Positions 1-8,624 of a DNA stretch of 64,000 bases are shown piece by piece (the stretch's first letter is position 1; every line of letters begins with the position of its first letter). The notes beneath the pieces are model-generated. The model searched no databases. It had not been told where the DNA came from and was given only the letters and a program-made list of their open reading frames with translations. The DNA lies in assembly GCA_963733035.1 (NCBI GenBank), contig CAVTBU010000006.1:704001-768000 (forward strand), written 5' to 3'. Made by a program: the position numbers and the translations under genes. This DNA is from Pirellulales bacterium (GTDB taxonomy: Bacteria; Planctomycetota; Planctomycetia; Pirellulales; PALSA-1355).

Positions 1-396
1 TTCTCGGAGGATTGGCAGTGCATTCAACAGATTGTTTTCGTAGCCGTCGTCGAACGTGACTGCGAACGCCCTGGGCGGAATCCTTTCCCCAGCCGTTTGG
101 GCTGAAATGAGTCGTTCGAGCGGCCAAGGAACGAAGCCGCGTTTCAACAGTCCCGATAGTTGCTTGCGCAGACGTTGCGGTGTGACGTTGCATGTGGGCG
201 TCGCCAAGCCAGGCTCATGATCTGTCACTCGATGGTACATCAGAATGCCAAATCCGGTTTGCTGGCGATCGCCGAAGGCGGCGCGTAGTCCACCGGCCAC
301 CTGCGACATTGCCCAGGACGCACCTTCGAGCAGTCGGTCAGAGGCGAAACGTGCGGGGACAGCACGAGCGCAGTGGTTGTCGATCTTTTCGATCAC
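1..396 (-). CDS. Polysaccharide deacetylase (CE4/NodB family), 3' end truncated by window edge
   Basis: Manual minus-strand translation (not in the ORF track) gives ...FGILMYHRV...AFAVTFDDGYENNLLNALPILRE. ILMYH and TFDDGY are CE4 motifs. GTG start at 396 is preceded by GGAG. Confidence 0.88.
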   Translation of the reverse strand, partial: MIEKIDNHCARAVPARFASDRLLEGASWAMSQVAGGLRAAFGDRQQTGFGILMYHRVTDHEPGLATPTCNVTPQRLRKQLSGLLKRGFVPWPLERLISAQTAGERIPPRAFAVTFDDGYENNLLNALPILRE

Positions 397-425
397 GGCC
401 ACTCCAAAACTTGTTACGAGAACAC

Positions 426-1555
426 TCAGCAGGCGCCACGGCCAACGACCACGGCCGGCAATGTTTGGACGAGAAGCTTCAGGTCGCGAGCCGCCGAGCG
501 CGTCCGGATATAGCGCAGATCCATGCGCATCCATTCGGCAAACGAAACTGAGGAACGGCCGTGCACCTGCCAGATGCAGGTAATCCCCGCAGTCACGTCC
601 AAACGACGACGCTGCCACAATTCGCAACCGTCCGACTCGCGAGAGTCCATGGCGCGGGGACCAACCAGAGTCATGTCGCCCAATAACACGTTCACGAGTT
701 GTGGCAGCTCGTCGATGCTGGTCGATCGCAGAAATCGTCCTAGACGAGTAACCCGCGGGTCCTTCGCGATTTTGAACGCCGGACCATCCTGCTCACTGAA
801 GGGCGCAGAGCTGCCTTTTGCTGTTCGGCATCGACTGCCATCGTGCGAAACTTATAGATCGTGAATTGCCGGCCGCCGATCGTGTCGCGACGCTGGCGGA
901 AGATAACGGGTCCGGAAGAAGTGCTCTTTATGGCCGCGGCCACGGCCAGCAACAGCGGCGACAGTGCGAACAGCGCCAGGCTCGAGATCACGAGGTCGAG
1001 CACTCGCTTCCAGCGCGGCAAAGGTTGCAGAAAGAAGGTATGCATCGGACGCACGCGTCGACCGATGCTGTGCGCGACCACGCCGCTACTGACCGTTGTA
1101 TGCAGTGGCAGGTCGGCCGCTGCCGGATGCACCACGAGTTCCTCGTCCTCATGGCGACCATTCGAATCGTCGGTCGGATACGTGAATACCTCGCAGTCCA
1201 GATCACGCGACTCCTCGGGCAGCCGTTCCAGCAGGTCGCTCGCGAGCTTCCAGGCGCCGTCGGCGGGAGTCTCCGGCAGGATGACGCCGACGCGATCGCT
1301 CGAAAGCAATCCAGCGTCGTCAGTTGCGCGAATCCGTGCGGCGAACACTTGAGTCAATGTGCTCAGCTCGTGCGGATCGAAGGAACTGGCAGAGGTGAAC
1401 GTCAGTAGCGCGAACTGGGAATTGCCACGGTCGCTGCGCATCCGTTCGCGGGCGAGAAGCGACTGCATGCGATCGATCGTATGCAGTGATGCAGCCGGAT
1501 CTGGTCGCGTCGTGGCGAATCGCCAGGCGTGGATGAATCTACGGAGAGGACTCAT
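426..1555 (-). CDS. Priming sugar transferase (Bac_transf) with N-terminal degenerate GGDEF-like domain; frameshift near 801
   Basis: ORF 740-1555 has [15 protein letters not shown] and IYKFRTM. The other frame continues [34 protein letters not shown]...LVGPR...GITCIWQV...DLRY. One base appears missing in the G run at 801-803. Confidence 0.9.
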
Positions 1556-1590
1556 GAGACGATCATCTGCTGAGGAAGGGTCGTTCGACT

Positions 1591-2295
1591 TTACAACCTT
1601 GCGTCGAGCCAGCGTGGAAGATCTCGGGAGTGGTGGTTTAAGATGATTCCGAGAACGGCCGCGTTTGCATGGATCAACCGCTGCTTGGCACGTGCAGCGG
1701 GCGCGCTGTGAGTTCGCTGGCCGTCCATTACCAGCAGCACCCCGTCTAAGGTTCCAACGGTCGAAAAGCAGAGCCCAGAGTCACTGGGAGGCAGGTCAAC
1801 GATCACGAAGCTGAACTTAGTTTCGAGTGTTCGCAAGAGCTCGACGATGCGATTGCCATCCATGCTCGAGAGCGGTGACCTTGCGAGATCAGCGCCTCCC
1901 AGGAAAGAGAGGTTCGGTACGCACGTGGCCGTGACGCAATCTGCCAAGGGAGCGGTCTCGTTCAGCGCCGCAAGCAGACCGCCTCCTGTTCCAGTCGCGC
2001 AAAGTCGATTTACCAGCGGCGACGGGCGTGCACTAATATCAACGAGCAGAACCGGACGCTCGCTTGTATGCGCCGCGGCAATTGCCAAGTTGGCCGCTAC
2101 GGTACTCACTCCGGCTCCGTGCACGCAGCTTGTGATTCCAATCGACTTGGGCTCGATCGGTGCGTTGCCGTTTGCCGACAGGTCTTGGTCGGGCCGTAGC
2201 CAATGGGCCAAGGCATAGTATTGTTCGACCACTGCGCCGCCACTCCCGCCCCGCCGGGTTGACGTCTTGGCCGAATCCTGCGTCAGTGTGATCAT
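1591..2295 (-). CDS. CpsD/CapB-like (Wzc C-terminal) P-loop protein with degenerate Walker A
   Basis: GITSCVHGAGVSTVAANLA, VLLVD, VIVDLPP, DGVLLV and VLGIILN motifs; adjacent to the GumC-like gene. Confidence 0.85.
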   Translation of the reverse strand: MITLTQDSAKTSTRRGGSGGAVVEQYYALAHWLRPDQDLSANGNAPIEPKSIGITSCVHGAGVSTVAANLAIAAAHTSERPVLLVDISARPSPLVNRLCATGTGGGLLAALNETAPLADCVTATCVPNLSFLGGADLARSPLSSMDGNRIVELLRTLETKFSFVIVDLPPSDSGLCFSTVGTLDGVLLVMDGQRTHSAPAARAKQRLIHANAAVLGIILNHHSRDLPRWLDARL

Positions 2296-2311
2296 CGCGA
2301 TGTGGCTACCC

Positions 2312-3877
2312 TCAGTTTTGAACGAGTTCGTGTCGAGACCCGCGCGGGACGGAGAACAACACTGGAATCCCCAGTTCGTTTTCGATCTGTTCGGGGGTCC
2401 GTAGGGACCGATCGAAGGCTTCGGCCACGAGTGCCACGAGCACGGATCCGACCATCGCCAGAACCAGGCCCAGCACCAGCGTCAGCTTGATGAGCGGACT
2501 CGAAGGCTTGGCAACATAGGTGGGGGGTTGCACCACGTTGACATTGGATACGCGGCCCGTTTCGAGTGCCGCGTCGATGCGGGCTTGCTCACGGTTTGAT
2601 GCGTATTTCAGATAGCTCTCTTCGAGCAAGTCGGCCTTGCGAGTCAGCTCGGTAATCCGCAGCTCGTTGTCGTTGAGTGCCCGAATCTTGGCCTGAACTG
2701 TTTCGAATTGGCCCTTCAACGAGGCCGATTCCGCCTTGTAGGCCGCAGCTAATGCTCGCGTCGTGGCCAGTTCGGTTTGCACCGACTGATGCACCGGGCT
2801 GAGCCTTCGAGTGGAATGGTTACGACTGGCCTCCTCGTCGCCGAGAATGCGGCGAGTTTCGTCGACCTGGCGCCGCAATGCGATCACTTTGGGATGCAGC
2901 GCGGTAAACCGCGAGCTGGCCTCTTTTTCCTGAATTTGTACCAGGTAGAGCTCTCTCCGCATGGCGTCGACCGCCGCACTAGGAACCTCCGCCTCTTCGG
3001 CAAGTTGCGTCTCGGGCAGTTCGTGGAGCGTCTCTTTTAACGCCTGGATCTTGGCCTCTGCCGCCGACAATTCGCGCTCATTCTGTAGAATCGCGACTTC
3101 AATCGCGTTGGCTTGCGCTTCGACATTCGCGCGCTGGCCTTCGACCGACGCCACGGCGCTATCGTTTTTGGCATCGCGCAAAGCAGACTTCGCACGCGTC
3201 AGCTGCTCGTCGAGAAGACTCGTTTGGCTGACAAAGAAATCGTAAGAACCAGTGATGCGGTTGGCCTTGCCGTGCCGAACCTGATAGGCTCCCAGAAACG
3301 ACTCGAGGATCCGCTGCGCCTGCCGAGGATTGGCAGCCTTGCTCTGGACAATCAGGACATTGGATTTTCGCGGTGAGCTTACCGAGATGTTTTTTTCCAG
3401 CTTGGTGACGGCCTTCTCGTCGGCACTGATGTCCCCGTGCAGCCAGGCTGCGGCGGCTCGCATCGGAGTCATGATCGCGTCCATCCAAGTGACCTTGCCC
3501 TCACCAGGTCCATAGAGTATCTCGTCCGCCCCGAGCTGTGCGACCACGTCGTCAAGCAACGCACGGCTACGGAGGATCTCGAGTTCCGAGTTGATTTCAC
3601 TTTCGCGTGACTCGTTCACGGTGATGGTTTCGTTCATCGTGGCAGTGGGATCCAGCGCCACGCTCTCCTTCCCCAATCGCACAAACAAACGCGCCTCAGA
3701 CGTGTAAGCCCGCGGAAAGACGATCACGCCTAAAATGAACAGGGCCAGAGTCGCACAGAATGCAACCGCCATCTTGCCCTTGTGCCGATAGAAAACGCCG
3801 CACCAATCGCGGAGGGTCGGCGTTGACTGCGTTGCCGATGGAACCGTATTTCCGTAGGTCGTGTTGCGAGTAATCAT
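2312..3877 (-). CDS. Polysaccharide co-polymerase / chain-length determinant (GumC / Wzc N-terminal part)
   Basis: N-terminal TM segment, YTSEARLFV, INSELEILRSR, long coiled coil, FTALHPKV, Pro-rich VVQPP..KPSSP, second TM segment and DRSLRTPEQIENELGIPVL. Confidence 0.9.
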   Translation of the reverse strand: MITRNTTYGNTVPSATQSTPTLRDWCGVFYRHKGKMAVAFCATLALFILGVIVFPRAYTSEARLFVRLGKESVALDPTATMNETITVNESRESEINSELEILRSRALLDDVVAQLGADEILYGPGEGKVTWMDAIMTPMRAAAAWLHGDISADEKAVTKLEKNISVSSPRKSNVLIVQSKAANPRQAQRILESFLGAYQVRHGKANRITGSYDFFVSQTSLLDEQLTRAKSALRDAKNDSAVASVEGQRANVEAQANAIEVAILQNERELSAAEAKIQALKETLHELPETQLAEEAEVPSAAVDAMRRELYLVQIQEKEASSRFTALHPKVIALRRQVDETRRILGDEEASRNHSTRRLSPVHQSVQTELATTRALAAAYKAESASLKGQFETVQAKIRALNDNELRITELTRKADLLEESYLKYASNREQARIDAALETGRVSNVNVVQPPTYVAKPSSPLIKLTLVLGLVLAMVGSVLVALVAEAFDRSLRTPEQIENELGIPVLFSVPRGSRHELVQN

Positions 3878-4076
3878 CCGTAGGCCTCAATGTCTTGATA
3901 GCGCTCGTGCGCCGGACTATATCTCAGGCACGATTGTACTCGGTCTAAATTGCCATCAACGGACTGTGTGTGGTAGCTGTGTAGAGGGTGTGGGGAATTA
4001 CACATAGGGTCCTCACATTGCCGTTAGCGATCTTCTACCGACCGCGCTACAACGGGCATTTCTCTCGCACAAAGTC

Positions 4077-4916
4077 TCATGTCGGCGGGTTGAATTCACC
4101 CGAAGCGACCCAGCGCGGATGCACGAACGTGAAGAAATCGACGGCCAGTTTTTCTTCCACGAACGCATACGGAAGCCAACCGTAGCCGTTTTCACCCCAA
4201 CTCGCGCCCCAAGAACTACGCACCAGCAAGGCTCCTCGCGAGCCACGTAGCCAGCGATCGTCATAGCCGGCCACCACCAGCGCCTGACCGCCTAAAGGCG
4301 CATCGAACGTCGGTCGAAAGGGAATCTGCCCGTCAAGGGGCAGGGAATTCGGAATCGAGCAACCGAAGCAGGCCGGAAAACCCGCTGCCACGAACGCTTT
4401 CACCGAGGCTAGGACTTCGCCGCCCGTCAGTTTACGCCCATCAAGTCGGAGATAGCGGATTTCCCGATACGGCTCGTGAAACGAGTACAAGAAAGCGTCC
4501 GGCGCTTGTTGGATCCGCTCCCGTTCGTAGGGCCAGAATCGCTCCGGCGGCACGCCGCAATGCAACATTGCGCTGAGCGTCGTCCGCAGGTCAGCGCCGA
4601 CGTCGCCTGATGCGCCGGCCCAGCGGCAGGCATTTTGGTGGAGAAACAAGCGCGACGGTCGAATCAACCGGCCATGGGCCCGTCGTTCGAAGTATTGCAC
4701 CACGGCAAGGCAGGCGTGGGAGCACGAGGCGGCGAGATCAAGTTGGTCGTCGGCTTCGAGGAAGTATTCACGAAGATCGACGCTGGGGGGGGGCTCAGCT
4801 ATCGGAGCGTCGAGCCGCCCCAGATATTCCGCTACTTGGGGCGAATCGGGTGTGTAGTCGCGAAAATCCGGCGTACACGGCAGCCAACCGAATCCGCGAG
4901 GTACGAAATGCGTCAT
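4077..4916 (-). CDS. Papain-fold (peptidase C1A-like) protein, catalytic residues substituted
   Basis: GFGWLPCTPDFRDY, PPSVDLR, PSRLFLH, GADLRTT, GGQALVVAGYDD, RSSWGASWGENGYGWLPY. Start taken at ATG 4916. Confidence 0.85.
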   Translation of the reverse strand: MTHFVPRGFGWLPCTPDFRDYTPDSPQVAEYLGRLDAPIAEPPPSVDLREYFLEADDQLDLAASCSHACLAVVQYFERRAHGRLIRPSRLFLHQNACRWAGASGDVGADLRTTLSAMLHCGVPPERFWPYERERIQQAPDAFLYSFHEPYREIRYLRLDGRKLTGGEVLASVKAFVAAGFPACFGCSIPNSLPLDGQIPFRPTFDAPLGGQALVVAGYDDRWLRGSRGALLVRSSWGASWGENGYGWLPYAFVEEKLAVDFFTFVHPRWVASGEFNPPT

Positions 4917-5150
4917 GCGAGAACCTACCCAAGCGTCGCAACGGAGGTGCGAAAGGACGGGACGATACCCCAATCGGCCCAAACTGCAATTGGCGGCCGC
5001 GGATCGAACTGCAGGCTGCCAAGCACCGATTGAGAATAGCGAGACTTGCGGAGGGGCCAAGGTGCGCCCTGGGGAGCGTCCCGTGACTGCCGGTGCGCAA
5101 TCACCACCAGAAGTGTGGTTGGCGTGGGGCTACGGCTCCGCGTCGTCGGC

Positions 5151-5876
5151 CTATTCCGCGACGAATTCCCACCGAATCCCTTCGCCGCTTCCGTCGCCCA
5201 TGAATCGCAACAGCGAACACTTTTGCTTGCGGTTGAGGGCCTTGATCGTATCGTGAAGCCGCCGGCGCGGATCCAACTGAGGAAGCGGGGGCAGTGGGTC
5301 GTCAATGCGCGGCGGCCAACCGTCTTCCTCAAATGCCATTAGAACCGTTTCCTGATTCGGCGAGGGCAGTTTGAACTCCTTAACGACGTCCGCACCAACC
5401 CGCAACTGACGACGCTGATCGTCCCATTTGGGCCGCGACTCGTCCGGCACGATAATCCGGCAATTGGCCGCGGTTTTGTCAGTCGCTAAAGGCAACTCCA
5501 GCGCGCACGCTCCTCGGGCAGCCAATACGCCGCTCGGTGTGAGCACCACGCAGGTCGAATCGTCGAAATTGAGCAGCGGAGTGCGACGAAACTGACGAGT
5601 GCGGTCCGTTGAGTCGGTAATTTCCACGGCGTGTTCCACGTAGCCCACGCCAGCGAGCCAGCGCAGGTCACTGTTACTCAACCGCGCGGTGCGCAGCACG
5701 TTCAATTCCACCGCCAGGTCCCATACATCCTGTTCGAGTTCGAGCGCGTATTCGTAGGCTTGCAGCAGCAGGCTTAGACCTTCGCGCAAATGAGGTCGAA
5801 CGTCGTAGCGAGGGACGGACGTTGGCGTGGAACACGCCGGCGGATCACTGCGGTCGAATGATTCGCTCGTAGACAT
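5151..5876 (-). CDS. Hypothetical protein with probable C-terminal winged-helix DNA-binding domain (planctomycete type)
   Basis: C-terminal PKWDDQRRQLRVG...NQETVLMAFEE...RRLHDTIKALNRKQ...RFMGDGSGEGIRW resembles the topology of an OmpR-type effector domain. The fold is inferred. Confidence 0.6.
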   Translation of the reverse strand: MSTSESFDRSDPPACSTPTSVPRYDVRPHLREGLSLLLQAYEYALELEQDVWDLAVELNVLRTARLSNSDLRWLAGVGYVEHAVEITDSTDRTRQFRRTPLLNFDDSTCVVLTPSGVLAARGACALELPLATDKTAANCRIIVPDESRPKWDDQRRQLRVGADVVKEFKLPSPNQETVLMAFEEDGWPPRIDDPLPPLPQLDPRRRLHDTIKALNRKQKCSLLRFMGDGSGEGIRWEFVAE

Positions 5877-6079
5877 TGGAGGCACGCTTGTGGGTACGGG
5901 GCGGCGCCTGATTGAAAAATCAGGCTTCCGTTATAATCATAGTTTCACCCAAGTCGAGCTTTTAACGGCGAGAAAAGTTTTTGCCGCACTTGCCGAGAGC
6001 ATAACCCGCGTAATCCCAACGCCGTACGGGCAACGCGGTTTACGTCGCGTGTCAGGTCCGTTTTGGCGCGAACCGGTCC

Positions 6080-7316
6080 CTAGGGCATCGGCAAGATTGG
6101 CAAAATGCCCCGATACGGGAAGTAAATCAAGCCGAAGTTAACGGGGACCACGCCGTACAGACCGCGCGTGAAAACGAGTTCAATGAAATTGTCAGTACGC
6201 AAGATTCTCGACTTGGGAACGATGACCAGGTCGGCGTCGCTGACCCAGATTTCATCGGCCGGGCAGGGTGCATTTCCGAGCAGGGCATCGCGCAGATCGA
6301 GTTCGGTCGCCACGAGCCGCCAATCATTAAAACGGCGGAATACGACGATGTGTGTGATGCGGGCTCCCACGTTCCAGCTTCCAGCCATGGCGATCGCCTG
6401 CATCACCGTTGTTGGAGCCTCGAGCGAATAGCGGCCCGGCTTCTGCACTTCTCCCAAAACATAGACGCTCCGCGGTGCCCTGGCGCAGCACCGGCACGAC
6501 CTCCATTCCGTCAATTTGTTCGGCAAACCGCTCGTCAAGTTCGCTCTTGAATTCCTCCAGCGTGAGGCCTTGTGCGGGCACAGAACCGATGGCTGGCAAC
6601 TGCACGGTGCCTTCCGGGGTTACCCGCCCCAGATAGACCTGGCCGCCAAAGCCAGACTTTCCGGCTACGGTGTAGCGTAGGTCTTCGAGCTTCGAGTTCA
6701 CTTTGACGGGCATGATCGAAATCGCCGGGGTTTCGTCGTACACCTTGAACCGCCGTACAACTTCCTCACGCACGCGTCCGACGTCGAAACCAGCAACGTC
6801 GACTTGGCCGATCAGGGGCAGCGTGATGGTGCCATCGGGCGCAACAGTCAACGTGCGACTCAAGTCCGGATCGGTCGCAGACTCGATCGCCAGTTCGTCG
6901 CCGACGTTGAACTTGTACGTCCCATGCATTCGGTCACGGTCGACTCGAAAGACAAATTCAATCGCATCGTCGACGCGCAGCCGATAAACTGGCACATGCG
7001 GCAGTCGGGCGCGGCCGACGTACTCACCCTGCGCCCACCTCTGGAAGTCGGCTTCGGACCGCAGGGCCTGCCAGCTGGCCTCGCAACCTTCTGGACAGGC
7101 GTTGACGCAATCAATCGCCGGTGTGTCATGGGGTGCGGCCGGCGTCAATCGCGGAGTCGGCGGCAGAGAAAAGTCTGCCCCCGACTGCAGGAGAGCCGTG
7201 TGGTTCACTCGGCGAGTGGGTAGCGGTTCACTCGCACTCGCGCCGTACCCAGCCACGGTGGATGCAACGACGAGGACCAAGAGAGCGTGTTGTTTGTGCC
7301 AGTTGCGCCAAATCAT
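6080..7316 (-). CDS. Polysaccharide export protein (Wza/OPX family), copy 2; frameshift near 6480
   Basis: ORF 6327-7316 has Poly_export motifs (VAPDGTITLPLIG, VTPEGTVQLPAIG). ORF 6080-6538 has an SLBB segment (VYVLGEVQKPGRY..TVMQAIAMAG). The two are collinear with the intact paralog if one base is added. Confidence 0.88.
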
Positions 7317-7353
7317 GTGGGGCAGCTCCCTAATGACTGTCCACCATTGACGC

Positions 7354-8616
7354 TTAAGGCACAGGCGTCAGGTCTCGAAAGACGGTGTAGTTGATGCTGC
7401 CGTTGACCGGAACCACGCCGTATATGCCGCGAGTGAACACCAAGTCGATGAAGTTGTCCGTTCGCAGCAGCTTGGACTTCGGCACGATGATCAAGTCGGC
7501 GTCGCTCACCCAGATCTCGGCGGCCGGGCAGGGGGACTTGCCCAACAGAGCCTGACTTAAATCGAGACTCGTGGCGATCAGCCGCCAATCGTCGGCGCGG
7601 CGAAAGACAACGACATTGGCGATCTTGGCACCCACCGTCCAACTGCCCGCCATGCTAATGGCTTGCATGACCGTGGTGGGCGCCGTGAGTACGTAGCGAC
7701 CCGGGGCGCGAACTTCTCCCAGCACGTACACGTACCGTGGGGCTCGCTCACGGAGCACAGGCATCACCTCGACCCCTTGGATTTCCTCGGCAAACCGCTC
7801 CGCCAATTCCACCTTGAACTCGTCGATGGTCAATCCCTGGGCCGGCACTGACCCGACCGCTGGTAGCTGAATCGTGCCCTCCGGTGTGACGCGGCCCGGC
7901 AGCACCTGGCCTCCGAAGCCGCTTCGGCCAGAGACCGTATAGCGCAAATCTTCGAGCTGCGTGTCGACCTTGATTGGCGTGACCGTGATGGCCGGCGTGA
8001 CGTAGTACTTCTTGAAGTCTTCATCCAGCTGATTTCTGAGTTGCGCAACGCTCAGACCTGCCGCCGCAACGGAACCCACCAGGGGCAACGTGATCGAGCC
8101 GTCGGGCAATACCGTCACCGTGCGGAGAAGTTCCGCCTCGGCCGCCGATTCAATTTGGACTTCATCGCCCACGTTCAGTTTGTAGGGTCCCGAGATTTTG
8201 TCGCGCGTGACACGGAACACGAAGTCGAGCTGGTCGTCGACGCGCAGCCGGTACGTGGGAACGTGTGGCAAGCGAGCTCGGCCCACGTACTCTCCCTGGG
8301 CCCATTCCTGAAAGCCCCACACCGGTCCGAGCGCTTCCCACGTGGCTTCGTACCCCGGTGGACAATGATTGACGCAGTCAACAGCCGGAGTTTGATGCGG
8401 AGCGGCCGGCGTTAGTTGAGGCACTTGAGGAAGGGTCATTGAGTATCCCAGGTCTTCCGCCGGTGTGGGGGTCGCAACTGGCAGATCACTGGGCGAGCTC
8501 TGCATCGGTTCGTTCGCACGCGCGCCTGCGGTGACGGCCAACGAGAAAGCGGCTAGTGCCGCCATCGCGCGATGAGGTCGAACCGGTCGTCGCAAAAGGA
8601 AAATTAGGCGGGACAT
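7354..8616 (-). CDS. Polysaccharide export protein (Wza/OPX family), copy 1
   Basis: Signal peptide, VLPDGSITLPLVG, VTPEGTIQLPAVG and VYVLGEVRAPGRY motifs. Start codon uncertain. Confidence 0.9.
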   Translation of the reverse strand: MSRLIFLLRRPVRPHRAMAALAAFSLAVTAGARANEPMQSSPSDLPVATPTPAEDLGYSMTLPQVPQLTPAAPHQTPAVDCVNHCPPGYEATWEALGPVWGFQEWAQGEYVGRARLPHVPTYRLRVDDQLDFVFRVTRDKISGPYKLNVGDEVQIESAAEAELLRTVTVLPDGSITLPLVGSVAAAGLSVAQLRNQLDEDFKKYYVTPAITVTPIKVDTQLEDLRYTVSGRSGFGGQVLPGRVTPEGTIQLPAVGSVPAQGLTIDEFKVELAERFAEEIQGVEVMPVLRERAPRYVYVLGEVRAPGRYVLTAPTTVMQAISMAGSWTVGAKIANVVVFRRADDWRLIATSLDLSQALLGKSPCPAAEIWVSDADLIIVPKSKLLRTDNFIDLVFTRGIYGVVPVNGSINYTVFRDLTPVP

Positions 8617-8624
8617 AAAGGATA

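Noticed and set aside
780..820. Programmed ribosomal frameshifting at the gene breaks
   Set aside because: No slippery heptamers or consistent stimulators, and the affected genes are unrelated families; sequencing error is more parsimonious.
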